Origin: Octopus vulgaris
Lineage: Eukaryota
Assembly (NCBI GenBank): GCA_951406725.2
Contig: OX597817.1
Coordinates: 82,522,001 to 82,586,000, forward strand
Direction: 5' to 3'
Length of the DNA: 64,000 nt
The stretch's first letter is position 1. Each line of letters starts with the position of its first letter. This document shows positions 10,490 to 23,145 of the stretch, one piece after another. The translations under genes and the position numbers were made by a program. Under the pieces are notes generated by a model. It made no database searches. It worked only from the letters and a program-made list of their open reading frames with translations, and was not told where the DNA came from.

Positions 10490-13071
10490 CCCACATACTG
10501 ACAGATTAACGCCTGTCTATACGGTCAGGCTACTACTGTAAATCAATACATGAATGATATTCAAAAAGTAAATAAAACCGAAATAACAAAGAAAGTACCA
10601 TCATGGGTTTTGAAGACAGAGAAAAAGATAACTGGCTTACGGAAGATCATCAGTCATGTAATGATGCTTATTGCATGCAAACAAGCAAATCGCTTTACGT
10701 CCCACCAACAGAAAGGGAAGAAGGAGATAGAAATGATGTTTGGAGACAGCAAAAAGGGGACACTCACTTGCAAACTGATTACCCTCAAGCAGGAGCTAAA
10801 AGCTGTCAGTAAAAAACTCCGACATCAGAAGAGAATAACCGAGAGAAAAACAATAAACAAAAAATTTAACCGCAACCAGGCAGCAGTATAGGGGGACATG
10901 AGAGGAGCAGTAAACGTCATGGAAGCTCCTTCACGAGAAGACATAGACTCCTTCTGGAGGAAAATCTGGAGTGAAGAGAAGGAGTTTAACCAAGATGCTC
11001 TGTGGCTGAAAAAAGTTCGAAAAAGTTATTGCTCCTGCATTACATCCAAAACATACAACATTGACGGTGAACACTTGCAACTGTGATCCAGAAACTCCAG
11101 AATGGAAAAGCACCTGGAAGAAATTTGATTATTAGATATTGGTACAAGAAGCTAACGTTCTACCGACCATATCTTATCATTCTGTACCATGCGCGAGAGC
11201 ATAGAAGGAATCTAGTTTTAATGTGGCTAGACTACAAGAAAACTATGTTCCCTATTCATGGATGCTAGAAGCCCTTCAACTTGCTAAAGTTCCAGTGAGA
11301 ATAGTCAATGCCATAGCTGACCTGTCTTCATCGTTGGCCACCATCTTGAAATTAAACACAAAGAGTGACTGTATTATCAACGATCGAATACAGTATCACA
11401 AAGGCATATTCCAAGGAGACAGCCTCTCTGTGATGTTCTTTATACTTTCTGTAAAGCCCTTGTCATTCATGTTAAGGAAGTTTGAAGGATATCTCACTGG
11501 TTCACAAAGAAACAGAAATACCAAAATTACACACTGTTTCTTTGTGGATGACTTAAAACTTTATGCAAAGAAAATGCATGAGATGAAAAAGAGCCTTGAC
11601 CTAGTTACAACATTCTCAAGGGATGTAGGGTTGGAGTTTGGTCAGGATAAATGTTATAATATGGTTGAGAAAAGGGAAAAAACTATAAATCAGACTAGTA
11701 ACATCTCCATTAATGATTTGACTGTTTCCCCTGTATCTGACGAGGAATGTTACAGGTATCTAGGGGTGGATGAAAATATACCTTACGGTGGCACCTGTAA
11801 CAAAATACGTGTATTACAGCTGAATATTACTGCCGAGTAAAGAAAATATGGACTTCACAACTCTCTGCATTCAATAAATGTGTTTGCAGTGCCAGAACTC
11901 ATAGCAACATTTGGGCTGCTTGATTGGACGCTTGATGAGATGCGAGCCATTGATGTGAAAACCCGAAAAATACTAACAAGCACACATAATTTCCACACAA
12001 GCAGTAATGTAGAGCGCCTCTACCTAGAACGAAAACAAGGTGGAAGAGGCTTAACATCGATCCAAAATGCCTTTGAATGTCGCATCATATCTTTTCGGCA
12101 ACATCTTTTAACCACCAAGTGTCGAAGTGCATCTTTTGACCTAGTAGTTTGCATACATGAGGCTGATAACATCATAAGGCTTGGAAGGCAGCTACTTCAG
12201 CAACACTCTTTGTCTGATAACCTAGAATACATGCCCAGAGAAGACGCACGGTTCTACCGCAACGTATCATCAGATGAAAAAATGAGCCTATATGAGCAGA
12301 AGGCTATGCATGGATATGTTAGTAGAAAGCTCCATGATAATAGTAACATCGGTCATCAAAGCGGTTTATGATGGACCAATAGCCGGATTGCTACCTCTCA
12401 CTTTGAAGGATATGCGTTTGCAATACAGGAACAAGAAATATCAACCAAGTACCTGATGCATAAAAGGGATAGAGATGCAAGTAAAGCCGTAAAGTGTGAC
12501 AACCGATGCAGACTTTGTTGAGTTCACACTGAAGATATCACCCACATCATAAGCAGTTGTCTGAAAATGTCATCACGGTATTATCTACCGATGAGACATG
12601 GCGTTGTAGCTAGGGTGCTCTATAATGAAATCCGTCGAAAGGATAAACCCGAGGACAAAGCCATAGCCACTCATAATGAAAAGGAATACTGGTGGAATGT
12701 ACCAGTGAAAACCTCAATAAAATCTAAGCACAACAGACTTGATTAAATGATTTGGGATAGAGAAGAGAAACTGTGCACAGTTATGGAAATTAGCTGCCCA
12801 GCAGATGATAACATGAAGCTGAAGATCAGTGAGAAAGAGAACAGATGCTGATCTATTGAAAAATCTGCAGTTACTCAAACCAGATTACAAGTTCAAGTTT
12901 ATACCTGTAATTATTGGGGCCCTGGGATATGTAACACACTGCCTAAACAGCAATCTTGAAAAATTGGGCTTCTTAGGGCCAGAAAGGAGAAATCTAATTC
13001 GAAGACTACAAATACAATCCATCGCTGGAACTGTAAAAATCTGTAAGACTTTCCAGAAGTTTATCATTTGA
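10490..13071 (+). pseudogene. Disrupted RT-CCHC-RLE ORF of the R4-type LINE
   Basis: ORF pieces 10550-10891, 10898-11086, 11083-11268, 11223-11840, 11880-12371 and 12829-13071 are collinear domains. Confidence 0.85.
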
Positions 13072-13138
13072 ATATATATGAGCATGTCTAGATATGCAGC
13101 TATATGCATAAGAATACATACATAAAACATACAAATCT

Positions 13139-13183
13139 GTACATACATTCATACATACATACATACATACATACATACATACA

Positions 13184-13214
<31 letters not shown>

Positions 13215-13219
13215 GTATA

Positions 13220-13253
<34 letters not shown>

Positions 13254-13470
13254 CATACATACGTACATACATACATACACACACACATACATACATACAT
13301 ACATACATACATACATACATACATACATACATACATACGTACATACGTACATACATACATACACACACACATACATACATACATACGTACATACATACAT
13401 ACATACATACATACATACATACATACATACATACATACATACATACATACATACATACATACATACATAC
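13139..13470. repeat. ~330-bp (CATA)n array
   Basis: Directly visible. Confidence 0.95.
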
Positions 13471-13946
13471 CCTGTTGATGTTGAAATTTCCATGAAGGAG
13501 CCTTGGATCCAGTTTAGAAACCGATTCTTTCTCTATTGGTAAGAAATCTTGAAATATACTGAATAATGACATACATACATACATATGTTTGTGAGCGTGA
13601 GTGTGTGAGAGTTCGTTTTTGTGCTGTGTGTGTGTTTATGTGTAGGAGAAAACGCTGGTAAACTGTACTTTAGAAATTTTGTGAAGAATGTTCAAAATGG
13701 AAACGATTTACGAAAAAAAGAACGAAAGATAAGGATATACCTCTCATTAGCGAAAGAAATGGAGACTATGAGTGTAGTGTCGGTGCGTTTTATGTCCGAA
13801 GACGTTAAAGTCTATGATACTGCTCGTCTGGTTGCGCCAGTGACATACAAATATACCGGGTGATGGATAAACAAGAACAAAACGGGAAAAACAACAAAAG
13901 ACAACTGGTAGAGAAAATTACAGATATAGAATATACAATAAAGAAA

Positions 13947-13948
<2 letters not shown>

Positions 13949-13982
<34 letters not shown>

Positions 13983-14056
13983 CATACATACATACATACA
14001 TACATACATACATACATACATACATACATACATACATACATGCATACATACATACA
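13949..14056. repeat. (TA)n(CATA)n microsatellite
   Basis: Directly visible. Confidence 0.9.
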
Positions 14057-16052
14057 TGTGAAAGTGTGTATCTGCACATACTCGTGTACATGAATATAAG
14101 AAAATCCCTTTCTACGGTTGCCATTGCTGTTGCTAGTCAACAGCCATGACTGCCTCCATAGTTATACAATCTATACAATCCTGCCACACTTCTGTTATTT
14201 CTCCGATGATGTGTATGCAGTACTAGATCTACCTATAGGCGTGCTTGCCTGAAGACTATAGCTTTTCCATCTAGGAGGCTTCGGGCAGGGCTTTATAATA
14301 TTTGTGGCACTGTTATAAGCTTTTGCAAATGACCTCTCAATTAATTAAACCGTGGGCTTCGCGTCATATAAGTTTGGAATTGTGTACATGTACATGATCA
14401 TGAAAGCTCCTTACACGAATTTTTTTTTACTTTTCCTAACGATGCTCTTTTGCAAGTTATTAGAGGCAGTATTTAATGGAGCTGCACCTGTTTTTCCATT
14501 GGCAAAACAGGGCTAGATATGTGTCGGGTCTTGTTCATGCAGCTGCTAGTCAAAAGATTGGTTACATCAAGTAAACATTTACTCGTAATATGTTTCTTTT
14601 GTTTATTCAGGGTTTCTTATATTTCTTTTGTTTGTTCATTAATTTATTAATTTATTTATTTATGCATTTATTCATTCATTCATCTATTTATTGTTTCCTT
14701 TATCCTTAGCTCTAAAGGGAGCCTATGTCACATGACAGTGATGTTATGCAAGATAGGGACGTTTAAATCTCTTGGGCAGCATTACATACTAACATAACTA
14801 TATTTTGCGCAATGAATTATTATATCCACAGGTATCTGAAAGATATTAATTATCTAAGTAACTATGCATTCTATGTAGTTTACTCTGAGCTGATATACTC
14901 GATAGAATGATAAAGAATTGTTAATCAATTCAAAATAAACTTGTAATATCATTATACTTAATAACAAGGAAAGCAAGGGTGAGATCTTTAAGGTTTAATT
15001 AAATGAAAACAAGCAGTATGGAGTGAAAGTAATCTTTAGAACATGCAATGACCACTTCATATATGTTTCAGTCTTATTATACCTATTCAGTGAAGCACAG
15101 TTATATTCTAGCACATACAAGATCTTACAAAGATTTTGAGCGGATATTGTGTTTTGTAAAGATTATTCACTGATTAGATAATCTAGATTAAATACTGTAA
15201 AATGCACTGAGGGTGCATCTACATGAAGGATGTATAGTTAAGTGCATGCAAATGTTATGATCAGTTTAGTGAGCGAAAAAAAAAAAAGAATTTTTAATCT
15301 ATTTATGTTAAAATGAAAATGAAGAAATCTATATGATATATGATCATATTTCTCTACGCTATGTGGTCAATGTTTCTTGTAATATTATTATACTTAACAA
15401 TACCTGAAAGAAACTGTTTTGCAATATATTTATGTATGCGGAAGTATTTCTGTATAAACAGTGTTACTATTTCAACGCGTTAGGGAAATATATTGCTTTG
15501 CACCTTTTGGAAGAGTACTAACATAACATTCGATTTCTCGTTGCAGTAATTCTGTTTACTTTTTACAATCCGTATATCATATTGTTTATAGCATGTTGAA
15601 AAATTGGTAAAAAAATCAAAATCAAAAAATAAGAGAATGTTTTCAATAAAAACAAAACAATATATATTTCGTATTTCATTTAGTAATGGTTATTTAAAAA
15701 ACAAATTGGTCTTCCTAGATTCCGAGATACTAAAACCAACAAGGTTTGAAATGCTAGAACACGCACCTGAGCACTAAATGATGCAAGCAAATTGAATAAA
15801 ACTCAGAGGCCCCTAGTGCTGATTTTATTTAGACATTTTGGATTGGGCAAAATAAAAATTACAGAGAATTCAGTTCTATAGGTCGAGAAAGAATTCAACG
15901 ATTTTGTCAAAGAAATTTTAGCAATTAAATAAGAATTTCGCTAAACACACAATGTGATTCAGAAGTCTATGTATTGTCTATATTTTATTTTGTTACAATT
16001 TTACTTCTACTTAATTCTAACAGCAACTTTGTTGTTTTGTTGGGAAATAACT

Positions 16053-16116
<64 letters not shown>

Positions 16117-16152
16117 GTTCAGTGCAATTGAAAATTTAATTTGCGTGACAAA

Positions 16153-16204
<52 letters not shown>

Positions 16205-16267
16205 GGTAGGTAGGTACATATATGTATGTATATATGCATATATTTATATATTATTTATATTATTATA

Positions 16268-17504
16268 TGATCGAACGCCACGCATCCTTTTCCAAGTAAG
16301 TTTTACGCACTCTTCTTCTTTACTGTCTCTTCTCTGTCCATCTCTCTCCTTCTCTTGTTTTTCATCTTTTCTGGTTTTTCTCTCCCATCCTTCCCTATTC
16401 TTCTCCTCTCCCCTTCACCGTTCCGTCTCTCTCACTCCTCCTCCTCGACTCTCTCGTCGCTGACACGTGACGATATGGAATCCATCTTTCTTACTACTAC
16501 CTCTGCAAAGACTAAACGGGCTTATACTGTCTCTTCATAAGCTCGTCTCCTTAAACGTTCAGAATAATTTTTCCATCGTCTTGACTTAACAACCCTCATC
16601 GTTTGATTTTACTGTTTTGTTCTCATTGTTCTGTCATTTACTGTTTTGTTCTCACAGTCCTGTTCTTGTTACGACTTTCATCACCCTCCGCAAAAAATCC
16701 CAAATTCAAATTGGCTTGAATGTAATGATGTAAGTTGTCCTTCTCTATGTCGTTTTCATTGTCTTTCGTGTGTGGAGCATCCTGACGAGGGGAGTGTATG
16801 TTTCCTTTAAAATATGGAAATTATGTCATATTATTTGACACGTCTCCGAAACGGCCCGTCGATGAAACTTTTAGATCCATTGAACATTATCTACGTATAT
16901 TAGTACGTCATATTAATGTTTTATAATTTCAAACTTTCCAGTGGCCTTCGTGTTGTAACTTGTAAATTTTTATTCCTTTGTATCTTATTGTGTGAATTAC
17001 TAATTCACTATGTCATTTATCATTTCGATGTTTTCTGTTTTGCCTACGTATTTATAAATATTTTAAAATATTTTAAATTACCCATGAGCTTTTATATGCT
17101 TGTGTTCTAACTCGTAAATTATTAATCCTTTATATCATGTCATGTGATTTTATAATTCACTGTCTTTTTATATCAATGTATCTATTTATGTGTTTATATA
17201 TTTTTAAAATGCCTACGTATTTTTAAATATTTGCGTGTTTTTAAATGTTAAATATTTATATGTTTATATGCTTGTATGTTTTTAATACTATATTATTGGA
17301 ACTTTATATTGAATTATTAATGTCGAAGAAAGTATACATATATACTGAATAGTCTATTGGATAATAGGTCATATTCCTCTAGTTTTCCGTTCATATTGCC
17401 TCCATTCAAATTATAAATTGGAACTTAGCTCTATTTGAGCACTTCGATTCTAGCTTGTTTCTGAGTATTGTTAATATTAACAATATCTATATAAAATAGT
17501 ATAA

Positions 17505-17507
<3 letters not shown>
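16268..17507 (+). mobile_element. Non-coding Penelope-like/retrozyme-like element between (TA)n arrays
   Basis: Bounded by (TA)n on both sides, strongly T-skewed, contains a complete hammerhead motif at 16778-16864. Confidence 0.5.
16778..16864 (+). ncRNA. Type I hammerhead ribozyme motif with extended stem II
   Basis: Stem I CAUC/GAUG; core CUGACGA 16782-16788; stem II GGGGA/UCUCC; GAAA 16848-16851; stem III ACG/CGU; GUC triplet 16858-16860. Confidence 0.75.
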
Positions 17508-17549
<42 letters not shown>

Positions 17550-17938
17550 CCTTTATTTTTTACTTTTTTCAGTCATTTGGGTGCAGACATGCTGGGGCAC
17601 CACCATGAAGAATTTTTAGTCGAATGAATTAACCCCAGTATTTTTTGTAAGCCTGGTGCTTACTCTATCGATGTCTTGTATCCAACCACTAAATTATGGG
17701 GACTTAAACACACCAACACCGGTTGCCAAGCGGTTGAGGGGGAACAAACACTGACACAAAGACACATACAGAAATATATATATATGTATGTACATATATA
17801 CGATGGGTTTCTTTTAGTTTCCGTCTACCAAATCCACTCACGAGGCTTTGGTTGGCTCAAAGCTATTGTAGAAAACACTTGCCCGGTGGGACTGAACCCG
17901 GAACCATGTGGTTGGAAAGCAAGCTTCTTACCATCACA
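17550..17938 (-). mobile_element. SINE family A
   Basis: Reverse complement of head (ggaaccatgtggttggaaagcaagcttcttacc) and tail. Confidence 0.8.
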
Positions 17939-17951
17939 GACAAGATATATA

Positions 17952-19099
17952 TTGGGTTGGCAACTAAGTTCCCGCCGTTTTATTTAATTTTGGAATTTAT
18001 TGCATTTTAAAATTTTGGAATCTATTTTTTTTCTAGTTAATTTTAGTTAATTTTATTTATTTTCAGATAATGTCAAGTTAAGAGAAACGAGCATTTTCGA
18101 TACCTCCTCCTTTTTGCTTTTAATCAAGGTTCTAAGGTCGCAAAAGCTGCTCCCGACATTTATGCTGTGTATAGAGAGGGTGCCATAACACACACCTCGT
18201 TCTGGCCGTCCAGTTGAGTTCGATGAAAAGGGATTAAACCAACATTTGCCCGAATATTCTCCTCAAACAACAAACAGAGAAAATGGAATGCTCCCACACT
18301 GCTATAGAGAAGCATCGTCACTCGACGGGAAAGGTTCAGAAGTATGGAGCATGGGTTCCGCATGCTTTAAGTGACAACAACCAAAATCAATGGGCCACAA
18401 TCTCCGCTGGTTTGCTTGCTCGTCACCATTCAACTCATGGACACAAGCAACGATTTCTCTACTGAATCGTTACTGGCGAAGAAAAATGGTGCCTGTACAT
18501 CAATATGAATGAAGCAGCGTAAGGAATGGCTTAGCGACACCGAGCGTGAAACAAGATCTTCACCCGCGTAAAACGATGTTGTTCGTATGGTGATTATCCA
18601 TTACGAATTGCTCGAACGGAACCAAACGGTCAACGCGGAACTCTATGTTCAACAGATGGAACGACTCAACACGGCTATTCAAGAGAAAAGACCTAGTCGG
18701 CAGCATGGAGTTCTTCTGCTGCATGACAACGCCCGCCATCATATCGCCAATATGACCAAGGAAACCATTCAAACATATGGTTGGGAAGTGCTGCCACACT
18801 CGCCGTACTCTCCTGATTTGGCACCAACGAATTTCCACCTCTTTTGATCTCTTTCAAATGCTATGCGCGGAGTTTCGTTCAATACTGATGCAGAATTGAG
18901 AGCTTGGTTGGATCAATTTTTCGAGTCGAAATCGGGTGATTTCTACCAACGAGGTATTGAAAATCTTGTTGAACGTTGGAAGAAGTTGTAAACAACAAGG
19001 GTGAATACATTATTGATTAATTAGTTGTTATTTTTTATGAAACCATTTATAAAAAATTAAATTTTAAAAAAAACGGCGGGAACTGAGTTGCCAACCCAA
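17952..19099 (+). mobile_element. Mariner transposon (mellifera-like TIR), 1148 bp, transposase disrupted
   Basis: TIRs TTGGGTTGGCAACTAAGTTCCCGCCGTTTT / AAAACGGCGGGAACTGAGTTGCCAACCCAA; TA TSD; WVPHAL, IVTGEEKW, LHDNARHH, YSPDLAPTNFHLF. Confidence 0.95.
18070..19020 (+). pseudogene. Mariner DD34D transposase pseudogene
   Basis: Collinear fragments 18283-18465 and 18587-18847; stops, frameshifts and the third catalytic D mutated to N. Confidence 0.85.
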
Positions 19100-19133
19100 T
19101 ATATGTATATATATGCATGTATATATGTATGTA

Positions 19134-19180
<47 letters not shown>

Positions 19181-19333
19181 CATATGTGTATACATATTAC
19201 ATATATACATACGTATGTGTGTGTGTGCGTGTGCACATTTTAATTTCAATATTAATCTTTCGGCAATAACTCATTTGGAAATTTTGAACTATTGATAGTA
19301 TAAAATATATTCATTCAACTCTGCTATGTTGTG

Positions 19334-19371
<38 letters not shown>

Positions 19372-19691
19372 TATAATCAATTATTATAAAGACGTTACTA
19401 CACACACACACACATCATTGAAATAAATTTTGAAAAATATCTGAAAAAGATTATAATTTAGAAAACTTCATCTGACATGATTAACTCTGAAGATTAGAAT
19501 TTCCTTTGTGTGGTATTATTCAGTATTAAACTATATCCACATTGGCTCTTTCGAAATTGCAAGGATGGTTTTTCTATATTCTATCAATCACCTAAAAACA
19601 AAATGAAAATGATCCATAATGATTCGGAATGGATTACATTTTATCAATATCATTGTGAATTATACTGATCTTTGGAAACAAGAGTCGTGAA

Positions 19692-19726
<35 letters not shown>

Positions 19727-20175
19727 GTACTAGACACTGGCTCTCATGGCTTCTGATCTTAATTCATTGGAAGTGTTATCATGTACATTGTTTTGTCTTG
19801 GTATAAAAGATGGGCTACAGCAAATATTCTGCTCAATACCATAGATTTGCTTGTCAGTTGTTTGACCTTAACAAGTTGAGCATGTCCCTTAGTGGCTGAC
19901 GATATGTGCATCTCTGATCACGAGCAGAAGTAGTGGGGGAGCATCATAGCCATGTCTTGAGAGGGATTGTTTGGGGTTTGAATAATTAGCCTCTGGAAAC
20001 GTGGGTGTTTTGTTCAACATACTTAAACAACCCTTATTCAGGGACCTTTTGAGCGGGATAGGTTACTCGACCAGAAGAAAATTCTAATTGGGCCCCACCT
20101 GCAAGGTCATGCGCTCTTTATCTTGATATGATATCAGCATGTCGTGCACATATATTTGTGATGCATGTGCCTAGT

Positions 20176-20443
20176 GTAACTTTTCATGACCTGTTTTCCA
20201 TGTTGGCATGGGTTTGATGGTTTGACTGAAAACTGTCAAGAATAAAGCTGCACCAGGTTCCAATCTGATTTAGCAAGGTTTCTACAGCTGGATGCCCCTC
20301 CTTAATCCCTAACAATACCACAAAAGTGGGTGCTTTTTACATGCCACTGGCATGGATGCTATTGACGTGACACTGGCATTGGCCATGACTATGACCTACA
20401 CAAGCACAGTATATCTCCAACCCTAAGAATTAGTTCTCTTGTG
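20176..20443 (-). repeat. Inverted copy of 23339-23610
   Basis: Reverse-complement match including unique flank (ctccaaccctaagaattagttctcttgtg). Confidence 0.9.
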
Positions 20444-20598
20444 TGCACATTTTAATTTCAATATTAATCTTTCGGCAATAACTCATTTGGAAATTTTGAA
20501 CTATTGATAGTATAAAATATATTCATTCAACTCTGCTATGTTGTAAATACTCTCTCTCTCTCTCATTTATATAATCAATTATTATAAAGACGTTACTA
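20441..20598 (+). repeat. Direct copy of 19229-19400
   Basis: Near-identical gtgtgcacattttaatttc..gacgttacta, with a shorter (CT)n. Confidence 0.9.
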
Positions 20599-20817
20599 TC
20601 AGATGGGTAGTCATGATGGGTATACTGGGCTTCGTATATTTTACCCCAGTGTCACTGTGATGGCATGCACTGCCCTCTCACTCACTCAATAATAATAATT
20701 GTTATTATTTTCTACTGGAAACTCAAGGCCTCAAATTTTGGAAAAAAGATTAAGTCGATTACATCGACCCCGGTGCGTAAATTGTACTTATTTACTACTA
20801 CTACCACGACGACGACG

Positions 20818-21140
20818 AGCACTCCGTCGGTTACGACGACAAGCGTCCCAGTTGATGCGATCAATGGAACAGCTTGCTTGTGAAATTAACGTGCAAGTGG
20901 CTGAGCACCCCACAGAATCGTGTACCCTTAACGTAGTTCTCAGGGAATTTCAGCGTGACACAGAATGTGACAAGGCTGGCCCTTTGAAATACAGGTACTA
21001 CTCATTTTTGCCAGCTGAGTTGACTAGAGCAACGTGAAATCAAGTGTCTTGCTCAAGGATACAACGCGTCGCCGGGAATTGAACTCACGACCTTACAATC
21101 GTGAGTCGAATGCGCTAACCACTAAGCCACGAGCCTTTGC
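20818..21140 (-). mobile_element. SINE family C (same tail as 6840-7138)
   Basis: Reverse-complement homology to 6840-7138. Confidence 0.8.
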
Positions 21141-21368
21141 AATAATAATAATAATTTTAATAATAATAATAATAATTTTAATAATAATAATAATAATAAT
21201 GATAATAATGATTTCAAAGTTTGGCGCAAGACCGGCAAGGTGAAGAGAGGAGAAGGTAGTCGATTACATTGATCCCAATCCTAGGCTTCATCTGGTACTT
21301 ATTTTATCGACCCTGAAAGATGAAAAGCAAAGTCAATAATAATAATTCTTTTTTTTTACTGCCCACAA

Positions 21369-21541
21369 GGGGGCTAAACATAGAGAGGACAAACAATGAC
21401 AAACAGATTAAGTCGATTATATCGACCCCAGTGCGTAACTGAGGTCGATATAGGCACTGAGGTCGATATAGTCACTGGGGTCGATATAATCGACTTAATC
21501 TGTTTGTCTGTCATTGTTTGTCCTCTCTATGTTTAGCCCCC
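21369..21541. repeat. Fold-back inverted duplication of a SINE B tail
   Basis: Arms 21369-21433 and 21473-21541; spacer of (c)actgaggtcgatatag repeats. Confidence 0.85.
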
Positions 21542-21555
21542 TAATAATAATAATA

Positions 21556-22310
21556 ATCGCTGCTCAGGTCCAGGTATGGAATACCAATTCAATGAAAAAG
21601 TATATATACCACAGAAGTGCATCAGACCTCTACAGAATGTGTGGGAAGGGGGTATAAAACGGGACACACATTGTTATTGCTTGTAAAAGTCTTGCGCAGA
21701 AAGAATACAAGCGTAGACGCGACAACATAGCCCCAAACCTTCACTAGCTAATATGCCGTGAGTATGGATATGAGGTTACGAATGCTTGGTACCAACATAC
21801 ACTGGAGAAGGTAATGGACGAAAAGGGGGAGGCAAAAATCCTCTGGGACTTTGATTTCCAGACAGACAAGGTGTTAGAGCACCGAAGGCCGGATATAGTA
21901 ACCTTTAGGCGGGACAAACAAGAGTGCCTAATAATTGACGTGACAGTGCCAAGAAATCAACATATAGTCATTAAAGAAAGAGAAGGGATTGATAAATATG
22001 GAGATCTGAGAATTGAGATCGCTAAGATGTGGCTGCTACGAGAGTTAAACATAAAGGTTATCCCTATTGTCATCGGAGCATTGGGTTCAATACCACCCAA
22101 TCTGAAAAAAACATCTGAAAACCTTAGAAATACTCTACAATCTAGGTGTATTGCAAAAGTCGGCATTACTTGGAACTGCACGCCTATTGCGTGAAGTACT
22201 ATCTGAGGTCCTTGTGACTTAACAAACAGTACAAACCCCTGGTAGACACAATATCTTCAATCAACCACCTCACGATATTATATACTGTGTGACATCTATT
22301 ATAGTAATGA
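21556..22310 (+). mobile_element. R4/Dong LINE 3' fragment (zinc knuckle + RLE + 3' UTR) in (TAA)n
   Basis: IAAQ..RMCG..THIV..C..YKRR, ILWDFDFQTDKVLEHRRPDIV..LIIDVTVP..KYGDL..IPIVIGALG. Confidence 0.9.
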
Positions 22311-22314
22311 TAAT

Positions 22315-22632
22315 ATATGGACACCTGAGAATTGAGCTCGCCAAGATGTGGTAGCTACAAGAGTCAAACATAAAGGTTGTCCCTATTGTCTTCGCAGCAT
22401 TGGGTTCAACCTGAAGAAACTACCTAACCTGAAGAAACATCTGGAGACTTTAGAAATACGCTACAATCAATGTGTATTGTAAAAATCGGCATTATTTGGA
22501 ACTGCATACATATTGCATAACCTACAGTCTCTCTGATGTCCTTGTTGTGACTTGACAAACAGTACAGACCCCTGGTAAACACGGCATCTTCAGTCAACAA
22601 CATCATGATATTGGATACTCTACGACGTCTTA
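22315..22632 (+). mobile_element. Second, tandem 3' fragment of the same R4/Dong family
   Basis: Direct homology to ~21995-22310; followed by (TAA)n. Confidence 0.8.
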
Positions 22633-22664
22633 AATAATAAAAATAATAATAATAATAATAAAGG

Positions 22665-23145
22665 AGAAAAAAAGATGGTATATGCACATGCCAGAAGAGG
22701 TAACAGAAAACGAGAAAACAACCATACTCTGGGATATGCCAATACACACAGATAGAGAAATTAAGGCCAATAGGCCAGATATAGTTGTCAGAGATCATGA
22801 GGAAAAAATGCTTTCTAACTGATGTATCAATACCAGCAGATGACAACATTTCTCTAAAAGAAATGGAGAAACTTTCAAAATACGAAGACCTGGAAATAGA
22901 GGTAGCTTGAATGTGGAATCTAAAAACAGAAACAATTCCTATCATAGTAGGTGCATTAGGTATGATAAAAAAATATTCAGACAAATACATAACAAAAACA
23001 CCAGGACTTACAAATATATATAACATACATAAAATTGCACTACTGGGGACTGTACACATCCTACGCAAAACACTTTCAATACAGTAGCCATAAGAGCATC
23101 ACAGTAGTGAAATGAAAGCACACTATAAAAATGAAACTACTGAAT
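22665..23145 (+). mobile_element. Third R4/Dong 3' fragment (different family) between (TAA)n arrays
   Basis: ILWDMPIHTDREIKANRPDIVVRD..LTDVSIP..KEMEKLSKYEDLEIEV..IPIIVGALG..HILRKTLSIQ*. Confidence 0.9.

Larger units (their letters stand above)
10290..13570 (+). mobile_element. 5'-truncated R4/Dong/NeSL-type RLE LINE, disrupted
   Basis: KAPG..WYKK, WLDYKK, GIFQGDSLS, FFVDDLKLY, YRYLG, LYLERKQGGRGL, CRLC..THIISSC zinc knuckle and RLE..IPVIIGALG; stops, frameshifts and a deletion in the N-terminal RT; 3' end runs into (CATA)n. Confidence 0.9.
19726..20690 (+). mobile_element. ~530-bp non-coding (TAA)n-embedded element carrying a ~420-bp templated insertion
   Basis: Starts after (TAA)n, ends ctctctcactcactc+(AAT)n; uninterrupted copy 57152-57686, 5' stub 56747-56822. 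Confidence 0.75.

Noticed and set aside
13480-13535. GAAACCG..TTC motif in the R4 3' end as a hammerhead
   Set aside because: No CUGANGA or UUGANAA core
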